Source of the DNA: Archaeoglobus fulgidus DSM 4304
GTDB taxonomy: Archaea; Halobacteriota; Archaeoglobi; Archaeoglobales; Archaeoglobaceae
Assembly (NCBI RefSeq): GCF_000008665.1
Contig: NC_000917.1
Span: forward strand, 840,001-872,000
DNA length: 32,000 nt
Direction of reading: 5' to 3'
Below the pieces are notes generated by a model. It saw only the letters and a program-made list of their open reading frames with translations. It was not told the DNA's origin and did not search any database. The position numbers and the translations under genes were made by a program. Positions 15,747-24,175 of this stretch are shown piece after piece (positions within the stretch are counted from its first letter, which is position 1; each line of letters starts with the position of its first letter).

Positions 15747-16585
15747 AGTACTCTATTGGTGGTTTTTGCGACCTCTTCCTCGACTTCTGCAAAGGAATTG
15801 AGGACTTGCTTGACAGGGTCAAGGTGGAAGGCGATACGGCAGTAATCGACGCTAAAGGGCTGACGCACAAGGAGCTGAACGATTTGATGAGGTATGCTGT
15901 GGTTGAGAAGGGAGTGTCGAGGCTCAAGCTGCTGAACGTGATGGGGCAGAGATATATCGGGACGAGGCTCTACCTCCCGGACTCCAGAAAGGTAGAAATT
16001 GAAGTGCACGGCTTCCCAGGAAACGACCTCGGAGCGTTTCTCGCAGGGCACAAAATTGTGGTTTACGGCAACGCACAGGATGGAGTCGGAAACACGATGG
16101 ATGATGGAGAAATAATAGTTCACGGCAGGGCAGGAGATGTCGTGGCTATGGCGATGAGGGGAGGGAGGATCATGATTCGGGACGACGTCGGCTACAGAAC
16201 GGCAATCCACATGAAGGAGTACAAGGACAAGGTTCCGGTGCTGATAGTCGGCGGAACGGCTCAGGACTTCTTTGGGGAGTACATGGCGGGTGGAAGGGTT
16301 GTTCTTCTCGGTCTCAATCTCGGAGACAAGCCCCACAGAGCGCGGTACATAGGAACGGGCATGCATGGGGGAATAATGTACATCCGCGGAAAGGTGGAGC
16401 AGTGGCAGCTTGGCAAGGAGGTCGGCATCGTTGATATGGAAGAAGAGGACTGGAAGTTCCTCGAAAAACACATAGGAGACTTCTGCAAGGAGTTTGGTTT
16501 CGAGAAGGATGAGATACTCGGCGGCAAGTTCCTCAAGCTGAAGCCCGTCACGAAGAGGCCTTACGGCAGAATTTACGCCTATTAA
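15743..16585 (+). CDS. Glutamate synthase GXGXG (C-terminal beta-helix domain) subunit
   Basis: Motifs 'VYGNAQDGVGNTMDDGEIIVHGRAGDVVAMAMRGGRIMIRDDVG' and 'GEYMAGGRVVLLG'. ATGA overlap with the FMN subunit gene. Confidence 0.85.
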   Translation: MKYSIGGFCDLFLDFCKGIEDLLDRVKVEGDTAVIDAKGLTHKELNDLMRYAVVEKGVSRLKLLNVMGQRYIGTRLYLPDSRKVEIEVHGFPGNDLGAFLAGHKIVVYGNAQDGVGNTMDDGEIIVHGRAGDVVAMAMRGGRIMIRDDVGYRTAIHMKEYKDKVPVLIVGGTAQDFFGEYMAGGRVVLLGLNLGDKPHRARYIGTGMHGGIMYIRGKVEQWQLGKEVGIVDMEEEDWKFLEKHIGDFCKEFGFEKDEILGGKFLKLKPVTKRPYGRIYAY

Positions 16586-16587
16586 AC

Positions 16588-16600
16588 TTTTTTTAAAAAA
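16588..16600. terminator. Bidirectional oligo-T terminator (T7A6) between convergent genes
   Basis: TTTTTTTAAAAAA presents T7 on the plus strand, 3 nt after the glt operon stop. It presents T6 on the minus strand after the TPR gene stop. Confidence 0.45.
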
Positions 16601-16605
16601 TTAGG

Positions 16606-16633
16606 GTTATACCTTTGTCGTTATACCTTCGTC
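16606..16633. repeat. 14-nt tandem direct repeat spanning the TPR gene stop codon
   Basis: GTTATACCTTTGTC (16606-16619) is followed by GTTATACCTTCGTC (16620-16633), with one mismatch. The second copy encodes ...TKV-stop. Confidence 0.7.
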
Positions 16634-17700
16634 CCTGCCTTGAGGAGGTCCTCAGCTATCAGCCTCACCGTATCCTCAAGAATTCCGTCCTCGTATATGT
16701 CGTCCCCCTCAAGCACAGCCTTTATCATTCTCCCAACTCTGCTGTCAAAGTCAATCTCCACCTTCTGGCTCCCGTAGTAGTACTTCAGAATTACCTTTTT
16801 CAGAACTACAGCGTCTTCTCTGAGCTCCGAATCCGATTCAATGACCTTATCCAGGCAGTGCATGAAGTTAATGGACTGAAAACCGAAATTTCTGTAGGCC
16901 ATGAAGCCCAAACAGGCCGCCTCCATGTAGTGCTTGGCGGAGTCTTCCCCCTTTTCCTCGGCCCTTCTCGCCTTGAAGTAAGCTATCTTAGCCTTTAAAT
17001 CGATTGGAAGCTCTCCAAAGCTCTCAAGACGCTCCATAACTCTCCTCAGCTCATCCTCGTCCAGATAGGGCAGGAGGTTCTGCAAAACGGCCGCAATTCC
17101 CAGGTCCTCTCCAACCCGCTCTAAAGCGTCTAAAGCCATCTTCAAAAGCATTGCAGCTTCTCTCTTCCTTCCTCCCCTCTGATAAACCACCGCCAGGTTG
17201 TTAAGCAGAGTCCCCAGCAACCTTGCATCTCCCTTCACCTTCGCCATCTCGAAGGCCTCAACCAAGCACCTTTCAGCGTGCTCCTTCATGTCCAGCTTTG
17301 CATACATCGTTCCGAGAGCGGTCAGAATAGCGAGCCTCTGATCGTTTCTCACGTCACCCAGAACCTTCAACGCGTCCGTGTAGGCCTTCTCCGCCTCAGC
17401 GAACTTCCGGGAAACCTGATAGAGGTTGCCGAGATTGTACAGGCATCCGACAACGTAGGGCAGGAAACCCTCATCCTCCTCGGAGAGCTTCAGATAAACG
17501 TTCAAGGCCTCAAGGTATGCCTCCTCAGCCTCCTTCAGCCTGTGGAGAGCGTAGTAGATATTGCCCAGCGTTCCGAGAACCTTTCCCTTCTCGTGACCCT
17601 CAAGGTCGTCAGAAATGCTCTTTCCAAGCTCTGCAAGCAGCTCAAGCTCTGTCAAGTCTTTTGCATTGTTAAAAGCCTCAACAAACTCATCAGCGTTCAT
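16621..17700 (-). CDS. TPR-repeat protein
   Basis: Repeated 34-residue TPR-like units are present ('LGNIYYALHRLKEAEEAYLEAL', 'LGNLYQVSRKFAEAEKAYTDAL', 'LGTMYAKLDMKEHAERCLVEAF', 'LAVVYQRGGRKREAAMLLKMAL'). Start set to ATG 17700 (MNADEF...), because the ORF-track start at 17730 is a TTG. Confidence 0.8.
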   Translation of the reverse strand: MNADEFVEAFNNAKDLTELELLAELGKSISDDLEGHEKGKVLGTLGNIYYALHRLKEAEEAYLEALNVYLKLSEEDEGFLPYVVGCLYNLGNLYQVSRKFAEAEKAYTDALKVLGDVRNDQRLAILTALGTMYAKLDMKEHAERCLVEAFEMAKVKGDARLLGTLLNNLAVVYQRGGRKREAAMLLKMALDALERVGEDLGIAAVLQNLLPYLDEDELRRVMERLESFGELPIDLKAKIAYFKARRAEEKGEDSAKHYMEAACLGFMAYRNFGFQSINFMHCLDKVIESDSELREDAVVLKKVILKYYYGSQKVEIDFDSRVGRMIKAVLEGDDIYEDGILEDTVRLIAEDLLKAGTKV

Positions 17701-17869
17701 CCTTCTTCCCCTTCTTGAATATCTTCTCAATTTCCATATCCATATACCTTCTCTTGTGCTCGCTTCCCAGAGCCTTCCGGTAATCGGCCCTCAACTGCTG
17801 GGAAGCAAGCTTTTCAAGGAGCTTTTCCTTCTCTTCATCATCCATGTCAAAGCTCTCTATGAAGTTCAT
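17690..17869 (-). CDS. Unlisted small ORF (59 aa, highly charged helical), upstream of and overlapping the TPR gene
   Basis: ATG at 17869, TGA at 17690-17692: MNFIESFDMDDEEKEKLLEKLASQQLRADYRKALGSEHKRRYMDMEIEKIFKKGKKDER*. It is one codon below the apparent 60-aa track cut-off. Codon usage is AAG/GAG-rich. It overlaps the TPR ATG by 11 nt. Confidence 0.4.
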   Translation of the reverse strand: MNFIESFDMDDEEKEKLLEKLASQQLRADYRKALGSEHKRRYMDMEIEKIFKKGKKDER

Positions 17870-17922
17870 TTAAACCTTCTGGAAGGCCAAAGTTTTTTTA
17901 CCCACTCGTTATTTGCTAATCC

Positions 17923-19392
17923 GTGCAAGTCAAAATCCTTGATACAACACTCAGGGATGGAGAGCAAACACCCGGCGTTTCGCTGAGCGTGGAGCAGAAG
18001 GTGATGATAGCCGAGGCCTTGGACAACCTCGGAGTTGACATCATCGAAGCCGGAACTGCCATAGCCTCTGAGGGAGACTTTCAGGCAATAAAGGAAATCT
18101 CGCAGAGAGGTCTGAATGCGGAGATATGCAGCTTTGCGAGAATCAAAAGGGAAGACATAGATGCCGCTGCCGATGCCGGGGCCGAATCAATCTTCATGGT
18201 TGCCCCTTCATCCGACATACACATCAACGCCAAGTTTCCGGGAAAGGACAGGGACTACGTCATCGAAAAGAGCGTTGAGGCCATTGAGTATGCCAAGGAA
18301 AGAGGTCTGATAGTCGAGTTTGGAGCTGAAGACGCTTCAAGGGCGGATTTGGACTTTGTAATTCAGCTTTTCAAGAGGGCAGAGGAGGCTAAGGCTGACA
18401 GAATTACCTTTGCCGACACCGTAGGAGTTCTTTCCCCCGAAAAGATGGAGGAGATAGTAAGGAAAATCAAGGCCAAAGTTAAGCTGCCGCTCGCAATCCA
18501 CTGCCACGACGATTTTGGTCTCGCTACTGCGAACACAATCTTCGGAATAAAGGCCGGAGCCGAGGAGTTTCACGGAACCATTAATGGTCTGGGGGAGAGA
18601 GCGGGTAATGCAGCAATAGAGGAGGTCGTTATTGCCCTTGAGTACCTCTACGGAATCAAGACGAAAATCAAAAAGGAGAGGCTGTACAACACCTCAAAAC
18701 TCGTCGAAAAGCTTTCAAGAGTTGTCGTCCCTCCAAACAAGCCGATTGTGGGCGACAACGCCTTCACGCACGAAAGCGGAATACACACCTCGGCCCTTTT
18801 CCGGGATGCAAAGTCCTACGAGCCAATATCTCCCGAAGTTGTCGGAAGAAAGAGGGTCATCGTTCTTGGAAAGCACGCAGGCAGGGCTAGCGTGGAGGCA
18901 ATAATGAACGAGCTTGGATACAAGGCAACGCCGGAGCAGATGAAGGAAATCCTCGCAAGGATCAAGGAGATTGGAGACAAGGGCAAGAGGGTTACGGACG
19001 CAGACGTCAGAACGATAATCGAGACGGTTCTGCAGATAAAGAGGGAAAAGAAGGTCAAGCTCGAAGACCTAGCAATCTTCAGCGGTAAAAACGTCATGCC
19101 GATGGCAAGCGTGAAGCTCAAAATCGACGGTCAGGAAAGGATAGAGGCCGCTGTTGGCCTTGGACCTGTTGACGCGGCAATAAACGCCATAAGAAGGGCC
19201 ATAAAGGAGTTTGCCGACATAAAGCTCGTGAGCTACCACGTTGACGCAATAACCGGCGGAACTGATGCCCTTGTTGACGTGGTCGTGCAGCTGAAGAAGG
19301 ACAACAAAATCGTGACAGCAAGGGGTGCGAGAACGGATATAATCATGGCTTCAGTTGAGGCATTCATTGAAGGCATTAATATGCTCTTTTAA
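17923..19392 (+). CDS. leuA: 2-isopropylmalate synthase / (R)-citramalate synthase family enzyme (LeuA/CimA)
   Basis: GTG start. Motifs '[14 protein letters not shown]', '[13 protein letters not shown]' and '[12 protein letters not shown]'. A C-terminal LeuA-dimer regulatory domain is present ('[10 protein letters not shown]'). At 489 aa it resembles archaeal CimA in length and N-terminus. Confidence 0.9.
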   Translation: MQVKILDTTLRDGEQTPGVSLSVEQKVMIAEALDNLGVDIIEAGTAIASEGDFQAIKEISQRGLNAEICSFARIKREDIDAAADAGAESIFMVAPSSDIHINAKFPGKDRDYVIEKSVEAIEYAKERGLIVEFGAEDASRADLDFVIQLFKRAEEAKADRITFADTVGVLSPEKMEEIVRKIKAKVKLPLAIHCHDDFGLATANTIFGIKAGAEEFHGTINGLGERAGNAAIEEVVIALEYLYGIKTKIKKERLYNTSKLVEKLSRVVVPPNKPIVGDNAFTHESGIHTSALFRDAKSYEPISPEVVGRKRVIVLGKHAGRASVEAIMNELGYKATPEQMKEILARIKEIGDKGKRVTDADVRTIIETVLQIKREKKVKLEDLAIFSGKNVMPMASVKLKIDGQERIEAAVGLGPVDAAINAIRRAIKEFADIKLVSYHVDAITGGTDALVDVVVQLKKDNKIVTARGARTDIIMASVEAFIEGINMLF

Positions 19393-19399
19393 TAATTTA

Positions 19400-20065
19400 T
19401 TACATGAACATTTCCTTAACAAGCTTCTCCGCTCCATCACCCTCCCCGAAGTAAATGGCTTTTCCACCAACAAGAACGCAGGTTTTCTCCGACATAGGAA
19501 AGACCTCGTTTATTTCGTCGTGAGTAACAACCACCACCCCGCTCTTCTTTGAAGCTTCGTGAATTAGCTCAACAACTCTCCCCCTGACCTCCCTGAAGAG
19601 ACCCTGAAAGGGCTCGTCAAGAAGAAGGTATTTCGGATTGGAGATGAAAGCCCTCGCCAGCACCACCATCTGCCTCTCCCCACCGCTGAGCTTTCCAGCC
19701 CTCTTATTCGCCAGCGGCCTAAGCTCTGGAAAGAGCTCAAAGGCCCTCTCAACATCCCCAGCAATGGCGAGGTTCTCCTCAACTGTAAGCTTCTTCGCCA
19801 CCCTCAGCCTCTCAGGGGCCAAAGTTAAACCAAGCCTGAACCTCTCAGATGGTTTCAGCGCAGTCACATCTTCCCCATCAAGAAAAACCCTTCCCTCATG
19901 CTCCACCACCCCCATCATCGCCTTCAGCAGTGTGGACTTGCCGCTTCCGTTGGGGCCGAGAACAAGCATGATCTCTCTCCTCTCAACCCAACAGGTGACC
20001 TTTTTTAAAATCTCCCTCCCGTTAAGCTTTACACTGATATTCTCAGCCTTCAGCAAGCTTTCCAC
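19400..20065 (-). CDS. livF: ABC transporter ATP-binding protein (LivF-like)
   Basis: Motifs 'GPNGSGKST', 'LSGGERQM', 'YLLLDEP' and 'VTHD'. GTG start overlaps livG by 23 nt. Confidence 0.9.
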   Translation of the reverse strand: MESLLKAENISVKLNGREILKKVTCWVERREIMLVLGPNGSGKSTLLKAMMGVVEHEGRVFLDGEDVTALKPSERFRLGLTLAPERLRVAKKLTVEENLAIAGDVERAFELFPELRPLANKRAGKLSGGERQMVVLARAFISNPKYLLLDEPFQGLFREVRGRVVELIHEASKKSGVVVVTHDEINEVFPMSEKTCVLVGGKAIYFGEGDGAEKLVKEMFM

Positions 20066-20681
20066 CCCTCATCTCGTAGCTTTTGTCAGCTAAATCCCTT
20101 AAAAGCTTCATTCTGTGGGCGGTAATCAACGCTGGAACCCCCTCTTTCTTAATCTTCCTGAGAATCCTCCTGACTCTCCTCGCATTCTCCACATCAAGCC
20201 CCGAAAAGGGCTCATCGAGGAGCAAAAGCTTTGGCTGCATCGCTAAAGCCCTCCCGATTTCCAGCAACCTAAGCTCCCCCTGAGATAGCTTCCCCGCCCT
20301 CTCCTCCTTTAAAGCATCGAGCCCGACAAACTCGCAAATCTCCTCCGCCCTCTCCATTGCCTCTCTGTATCTCTTTGAGAGCAGAAGAGGTGTAGCAATG
20401 TTCTCCACAACGCTCAAATTCTTGAAGGGCCTTGAAATCTGAAAAACCATTGATATTCCCATTCTGGCAATTTTCTCCGCCTTCATCGCCGTTATGTCCT
20501 CTCCCTCAAAAATTATCCTCCCGCAGGTGGGCTTTTCAAGTCCGGCTATGATTTTCAGAAGTGTGGACTTACCGCTACCATTTGGCCCGAAAATTCCAAC
20601 AAATCCCTCTACCTCAAGATTTATTCCCCTCAACACCACATTTCCGTTGTAAACCTTTGAGAGGTCAATCACTCTGAGCAT
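20043..20681 (-). CDS. livG: ABC transporter ATP-binding protein (LivG-like, short)
   Basis: Motifs 'GPNGSGKST', variant signature 'LSQGELRLLEI', 'LLLLDEP' and 'TAHR'. Confidence 0.9.
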   Translation of the reverse strand: MLRVIDLSKVYNGNVVLRGINLEVEGFVGIFGPNGSGKSTLLKIIAGLEKPTCGRIIFEGEDITAMKAEKIARMGISMVFQISRPFKNLSVVENIATPLLLSKRYREAMERAEEICEFVGLDALKEERAGKLSQGELRLLEIGRALAMQPKLLLLDEPFSGLDVENARRVRRILRKIKKEGVPALITAHRMKLLRDLADKSYEMRGGKLAEG

Positions 20682-21522
20682 TCCACCACCTGCTCAGCTT
20701 TGGGGAGAGAATGAGCACCGCAGCGTAAAGCAAGAGATGGGCTTCAGGCAGCACTCCCGAAAAGGCCCTTGAAACCACCACAACAACGTAGCTACCAACT
20801 ACAGGCGAAATCAGCCTTTTTCCTGCAATTAGAGTTGCTATGTAGGGAAGCAGAGCAACCTCCATCGAGAAAATTTCAGGCGAGGCATGGCCGAAGTAAA
20901 GCAGGTAGCAAACCCCAGCCAGAGTTGCCAATATCACGGAAATCAGAAAGCTCACAGCCCTGATTTTCAAAACGTCAATTCCCACCGCCCTCGCAGCGAC
21001 CTCATCATCCCTAACAGCCTCGATTTTAAGGCCGAGAGCCGACCTCTTTACTGCCATCAGGAAAAAAACCGTAAGAGTCAAAAGAAGGGAGGCGAGGAGG
21101 TAGGAGTTAAGGAGGCCAATTGATGTAAAGCCAAAACCCTCCTCACCACCAACCATTTCCCCATTTTTCTCAACTACGATGTAGTGGGAGAGGTACCAGA
21201 AAATGACTGCCGTGAAAAAGGTTGCAAAGGGAAAGTTCTCTCTGCCGAGTCTACTCAAGCCAAGAAAGATGAGGAGAGAGGCAACGACTGAGAGTAAAAT
21301 CAGGAAGGGATTTATGGCAAGGCAGTAGGCTGCGAGGCCAAAGGGGATTGAGTGAGAAAGACTGACCCAGCCTGCCCTTCTCTCCATGAAGTACCATGAA
21401 AGCGATAGGGTGGAGTAAATCATCGCCAAAGCTGCAACCGATACTGCAAAGCTGCTCTGAAAGGTTGCTGGCAGAAGAATCAGAAGGGCGAGGAGCAGCA
21501 ATTCTGCCTTCAGGGCAACCAC
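20665..21522 (-). CDS. livM: ABC transporter permease (LivM-like)
   Basis: Polytopic hydrophobic 285-aa ORF. GTG start overlaps livH by 13 nt. Position matches a LivHMGF-type operon. Confidence 0.85.
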   Translation of the reverse strand: MVALKAELLLLALLILLPATFQSSFAVSVAALAMIYSTLSLSWYFMERRAGWVSLSHSIPFGLAAYCLAINPFLILLSVVASLLIFLGLSRLGRENFPFATFFTAVIFWYLSHYIVVEKNGEMVGGEEGFGFTSIGLLNSYLLASLLLTLTVFFLMAVKRSALGLKIEAVRDDEVAARAVGIDVLKIRAVSFLISVILATLAGVCYLLYFGHASPEIFSMEVALLPYIATLIAGKRLISPVVGSYVVVVVSRAFSGVLPEAHLLLYAAVLILSPKLSRWWNAQSD

Positions 21523-22235
21523 CCCACCAGAATTGAGTAGGCGAGGGCGATGGGGAAGGTTGCTGCGTACTTCCTGAAGGTGTTGCCCGCTGCTGCTGCA
21601 AGTGACGCTACAATTACTGCAACAACCATAACGCTCCAGCCCATCGCCGGATGAAGGATGTGGGTGGGGGAAAGCAAAGCACCATTCAGGCAGACCAAAG
21701 CCGACGAAAGAGATACAGCAATAAGCCTTATTCTTTCCGTCCTGACTCCGTAAATCTCCGCCAACTCCCAGTCCTCCTCCATGAACTTCAGCTCAAGCCC
21801 TCTTCTTGAATTCAGTATCAGGCCAAAAACCACGAGAAGAGAAGATAAAACAGCAGCATTCAGGATTTCGTGGATTTCCAGAGTCTCCCCATAAAATTCT
21901 AAGTAGCTCGCCTCCACAATCTGATAGTAGGCACTTCTGAATAGAATTCTGAGTAGCTCCTCAATGGCAATGGCAAATCCCAGAGATACCACGGTAGCCT
22001 CGCCCACAGACAACCTTTCAGTTAACTTCGAAAGTATGGCACCAACCAGAAATCCTGCCAGAAGTGATGCAAGCACAGATAGCTCCTCAACTGCAAGGTA
22101 GAGGTAAGCTCCCAGCGTAAAGAGGGATGCAAAGGTGAGGTTCAGCATTCTGCCGAGCTTGTAGTTCAGGATTACTGCAGAGGCGAAAAAGGATAAAAAA
22201 ATTGCTGTAAAAACTGCTGAAATCATTCCGGCCAC
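21510..22235 (-). CDS. livH: ABC transporter permease (LivH-like)
   Basis: Polytopic hydrophobic ORF of about 240 aa. The start is GTG 22235, or ATG 22226 (ATGA overlap with the SBP stop). Confidence 0.85.
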   Translation of the reverse strand: MAGMISAVFTAIFLSFFASAVILNYKLGRMLNLTFASLFTLGAYLYLAVEELSVLASLLAGFLVGAILSKLTERLSVGEATVVSLGFAIAIEELLRILFRSAYYQIVEASYLEFYGETLEIHEILNAAVLSSLLVVFGLILNSRRGLELKFMEEDWELAEIYGVRTERIRLIAVSLSSALVCLNGALLSPTHILHPAMGWSVMVVAVIVASLAAAAGNTFRKYAATFPIALAYSILVGWLP

Positions 22236-23395
22236 ACTACTTGTGAGGTGGCAAATTCGGGCGGATAAACAACTTCCACTTTGCCGTTAACGAACTCTCC
22301 AATCGTTCCCTTCAGCTCCTCGCTTCCCCAGAGCGCCTGATGGTTTTCGTTAAACCTGTAAATCCCAGCAGCTCCCTTAAAGCTTCCTGATTCAAGCGTT
22401 TCGATAAGCTTCTCCTTTCCACCCTTTTCGAAGGCCTGCGAGAGAATCATTATGGAGTCGTAGGTGAGCAGCCCTGCGTAGTTGTTGGCATCTTCCCCAA
22501 ACTTTGCTTTGTAGTCGGCAAAGTACTTGGCAGTTAAATCGGTTTTCTCCGTCTCTTCAAGCGCAGCGGCCTGAAAGGCAGTGTAGCCAGCATTGAGCTT
22601 TTTCAGAGTTGCGGGCAAAGCGAGGGCACCTCCAACAGAGTAAATTATGCCTTTACCCCCATTCGCCCTGTACTCCTTCAGGAAGTTAATTGAAACTCCT
22701 CCGGGGTCACCAAGGATTATTGCATCCCTCTCGCCAGCCCTTTCAGCAATCTGCTTCGCAACATTCTTGTAGTCATCAGGCGAGACGCTTGGAGACTTGT
22801 AGTAAACCTCCAGCTCAGGCTCTCCATACAGCTCATTGATTTTTGCGAGCATTCCCTGATTGAAGGTTTTCAGCGGGTCGTAGCCGACGAAGTAGTATTT
22901 ATCTGGCTTCGATAAGCTGAGAAACTCAGCAGCCAGAACACCCCAGTATGTGGTGTTGTAAGCAGTTCTGAAAACGTACCTGTTCCCCTCTGTAACCTTC
23001 TTCTCTATCACACCCGTCGATGCCACGCTAACCAGATAAACAACCTTGTTTTCCCCAGCAGCATCGGCAACAACCATTGCCTGCGGGCTTGAGTATGCCC
23101 CAACAACAGCATCAACCTTCTGTGAGACTAAATACTCAAAGGCAGTTTTCGCCTTTTCTGGAGAGTCGCCGCAGTCGGCAAAAACAAGCTCGACATTACC
23201 GGCATGCTCAGCAGCAAGCTCAGCAGCATTCTTCATCGCAACTCCGGCGGAGGAATAAAGGCCAGTTTCGGGGATGAGAACTCCAACCTTTATTTTCTCC
23301 TCAGGTTGGGGCTGGGTAGGTTGAGCGGGTTGTGTGCAACCAAGGATAAACACAGTCAATAAAATAAGGGAAAATACAACTCTAAAATCTTTCAC
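22223..23395 (-). CDS. livJ: Type-I periplasmic-binding-fold substrate-binding lipoprotein (LivJ/Peripla_BP_6-like)
   Basis: Signal/lipobox 'LILLTVFILGC', then a 'TQPAQPTQPQPEE' linker. 'KVGVLIPETGLYSSAG' is typical of Liv-type SBPs. GTGA overlap with the hydratase gene. Confidence 0.88.
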   Translation of the reverse strand: MKDFRVVFSLILLTVFILGCTQPAQPTQPQPEEKIKVGVLIPETGLYSSAGVAMKNAAELAAEHAGNVELVFADCGDSPEKAKTAFEYLVSQKVDAVVGAYSSPQAMVVADAAGENKVVYLVSVASTGVIEKKVTEGNRYVFRTAYNTTYWGVLAAEFLSLSKPDKYYFVGYDPLKTFNQGMLAKINELYGEPELEVYYKSPSVSPDDYKNVAKQIAERAGERDAIILGDPGGVSINFLKEYRANGGKGIIYSVGGALALPATLKKLNAGYTAFQAAALEETEKTDLTAKYFADYKAKFGEDANNYAGLLTYDSIMILSQAFEKGGKEKLIETLESGSFKGAAGIYRFNENHQALWGSEELKGTIGEFVNGKVEVVYPPEFATSQVVWPE

Positions 23396-24171
23396 TCCCT
23401 CTCCCTCCTGAAGTCAGCTTTCCTTTTCTCCACGAAGGCCTTTATCCCCTCTTCCGCATCGGGAGATGAGAAGGAGAGGGCGAAGAGGTCCCTCTCATAC
23501 ATTATACCATCTCTCAGCCCCATCTTGAAGCCCCTGTTCACGGCCTGCTTAACCAGCATTACTGCGTAGGGAGACTTGCTCTTGATGACCTCTGCCATCT
23601 TTTTTGCTTCATCCATCAACTTATCGTGCTCCACAACCTTATTTACCAAGCCGAGCCTGTAGGCTTCCTCTGCGGAGATTCTCTCTCCCGTGAGGCAGAG
23701 CTCCATGGCCTTCTTCCAGCCCACTATCCTGGCAAGCCTCTGCGTTCCTCCCGCTCCGGGAATGATGCCGAGGTTAATTTCAGGCTGACCGAAGCTCGCC
23801 CTCTCGCTTGCTATTATAATATCACACGCCATCGCAATCTCACAGCCCCCACCAAGGGCAAAGCCGTTTATGGCTGCTATCACCGGCACCTCCAAATCCT
23901 CCATCTCCTCAAGAACTTTGCCGAGCTCCTCAATTGTGCTTCTCGCAACAAAATGGGAGGATTCAGAGAACATCTTTATGTCCGCTCCAGCACAGAAGGC
24001 CTTCCCCTCTCCAGTGAGGACGATAACTCTCACAGTCTTGTTGTTCCTCGCATAATCAACGACTTCTCTCAGCCCTTTAACGAAGTCCTTGTTTATAGCG
24101 TTGAGCGCTTCGGGACGGTTGAACTTCACCCACAGAACTCCGTCTTCCTCTCTGTATTCAACTGCAGCCAT
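23392..24171 (-). CDS. Enoyl-CoA hydratase (crotonase family)
   Basis: Motifs 'GEGKAFCAGADIK', 'GGGCEIAMACD' and 'PEINLGIIPGAGGTQRL'. Both catalytic Glu positions are present. Confidence 0.9.
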   Translation of the reverse strand: MAAVEYREEDGVLWVKFNRPEALNAINKDFVKGLREVVDYARNNKTVRVIVLTGEGKAFCAGADIKMFSESSHFVARSTIEELGKVLEEMEDLEVPVIAAINGFALGGGCEIAMACDIIIASERASFGQPEINLGIIPGAGGTQRLARIVGWKKAMELCLTGERISAEEAYRLGLVNKVVEHDKLMDEAKKMAEVIKSKSPYAVMLVKQAVNRGFKMGLRDGIMYERDLFALSFSSPDAEEGIKAFVEKRKADFRRERE

Positions 24172-24175
24172 AATT

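Noticed and set aside
15608-16471. 287-aa minus-strand ORF
   Set aside because: It is antisense to the GXGXG glutamate synthase subunit, which has clear family motifs and an ATGA-coupled start. Its composition is Ser/Pro/His-rich with no motifs, typical of a shadow ORF.
16615-17986. Plus-strand ORFs 16615-16998, 17278-17718 and 17615-17986
   Set aside because: They are antisense to the TPR gene and the small upstream ORF. They are Leu/Ser-rich shadow frames. The last would also run into the GTG-initiated synthase gene in a different frame.
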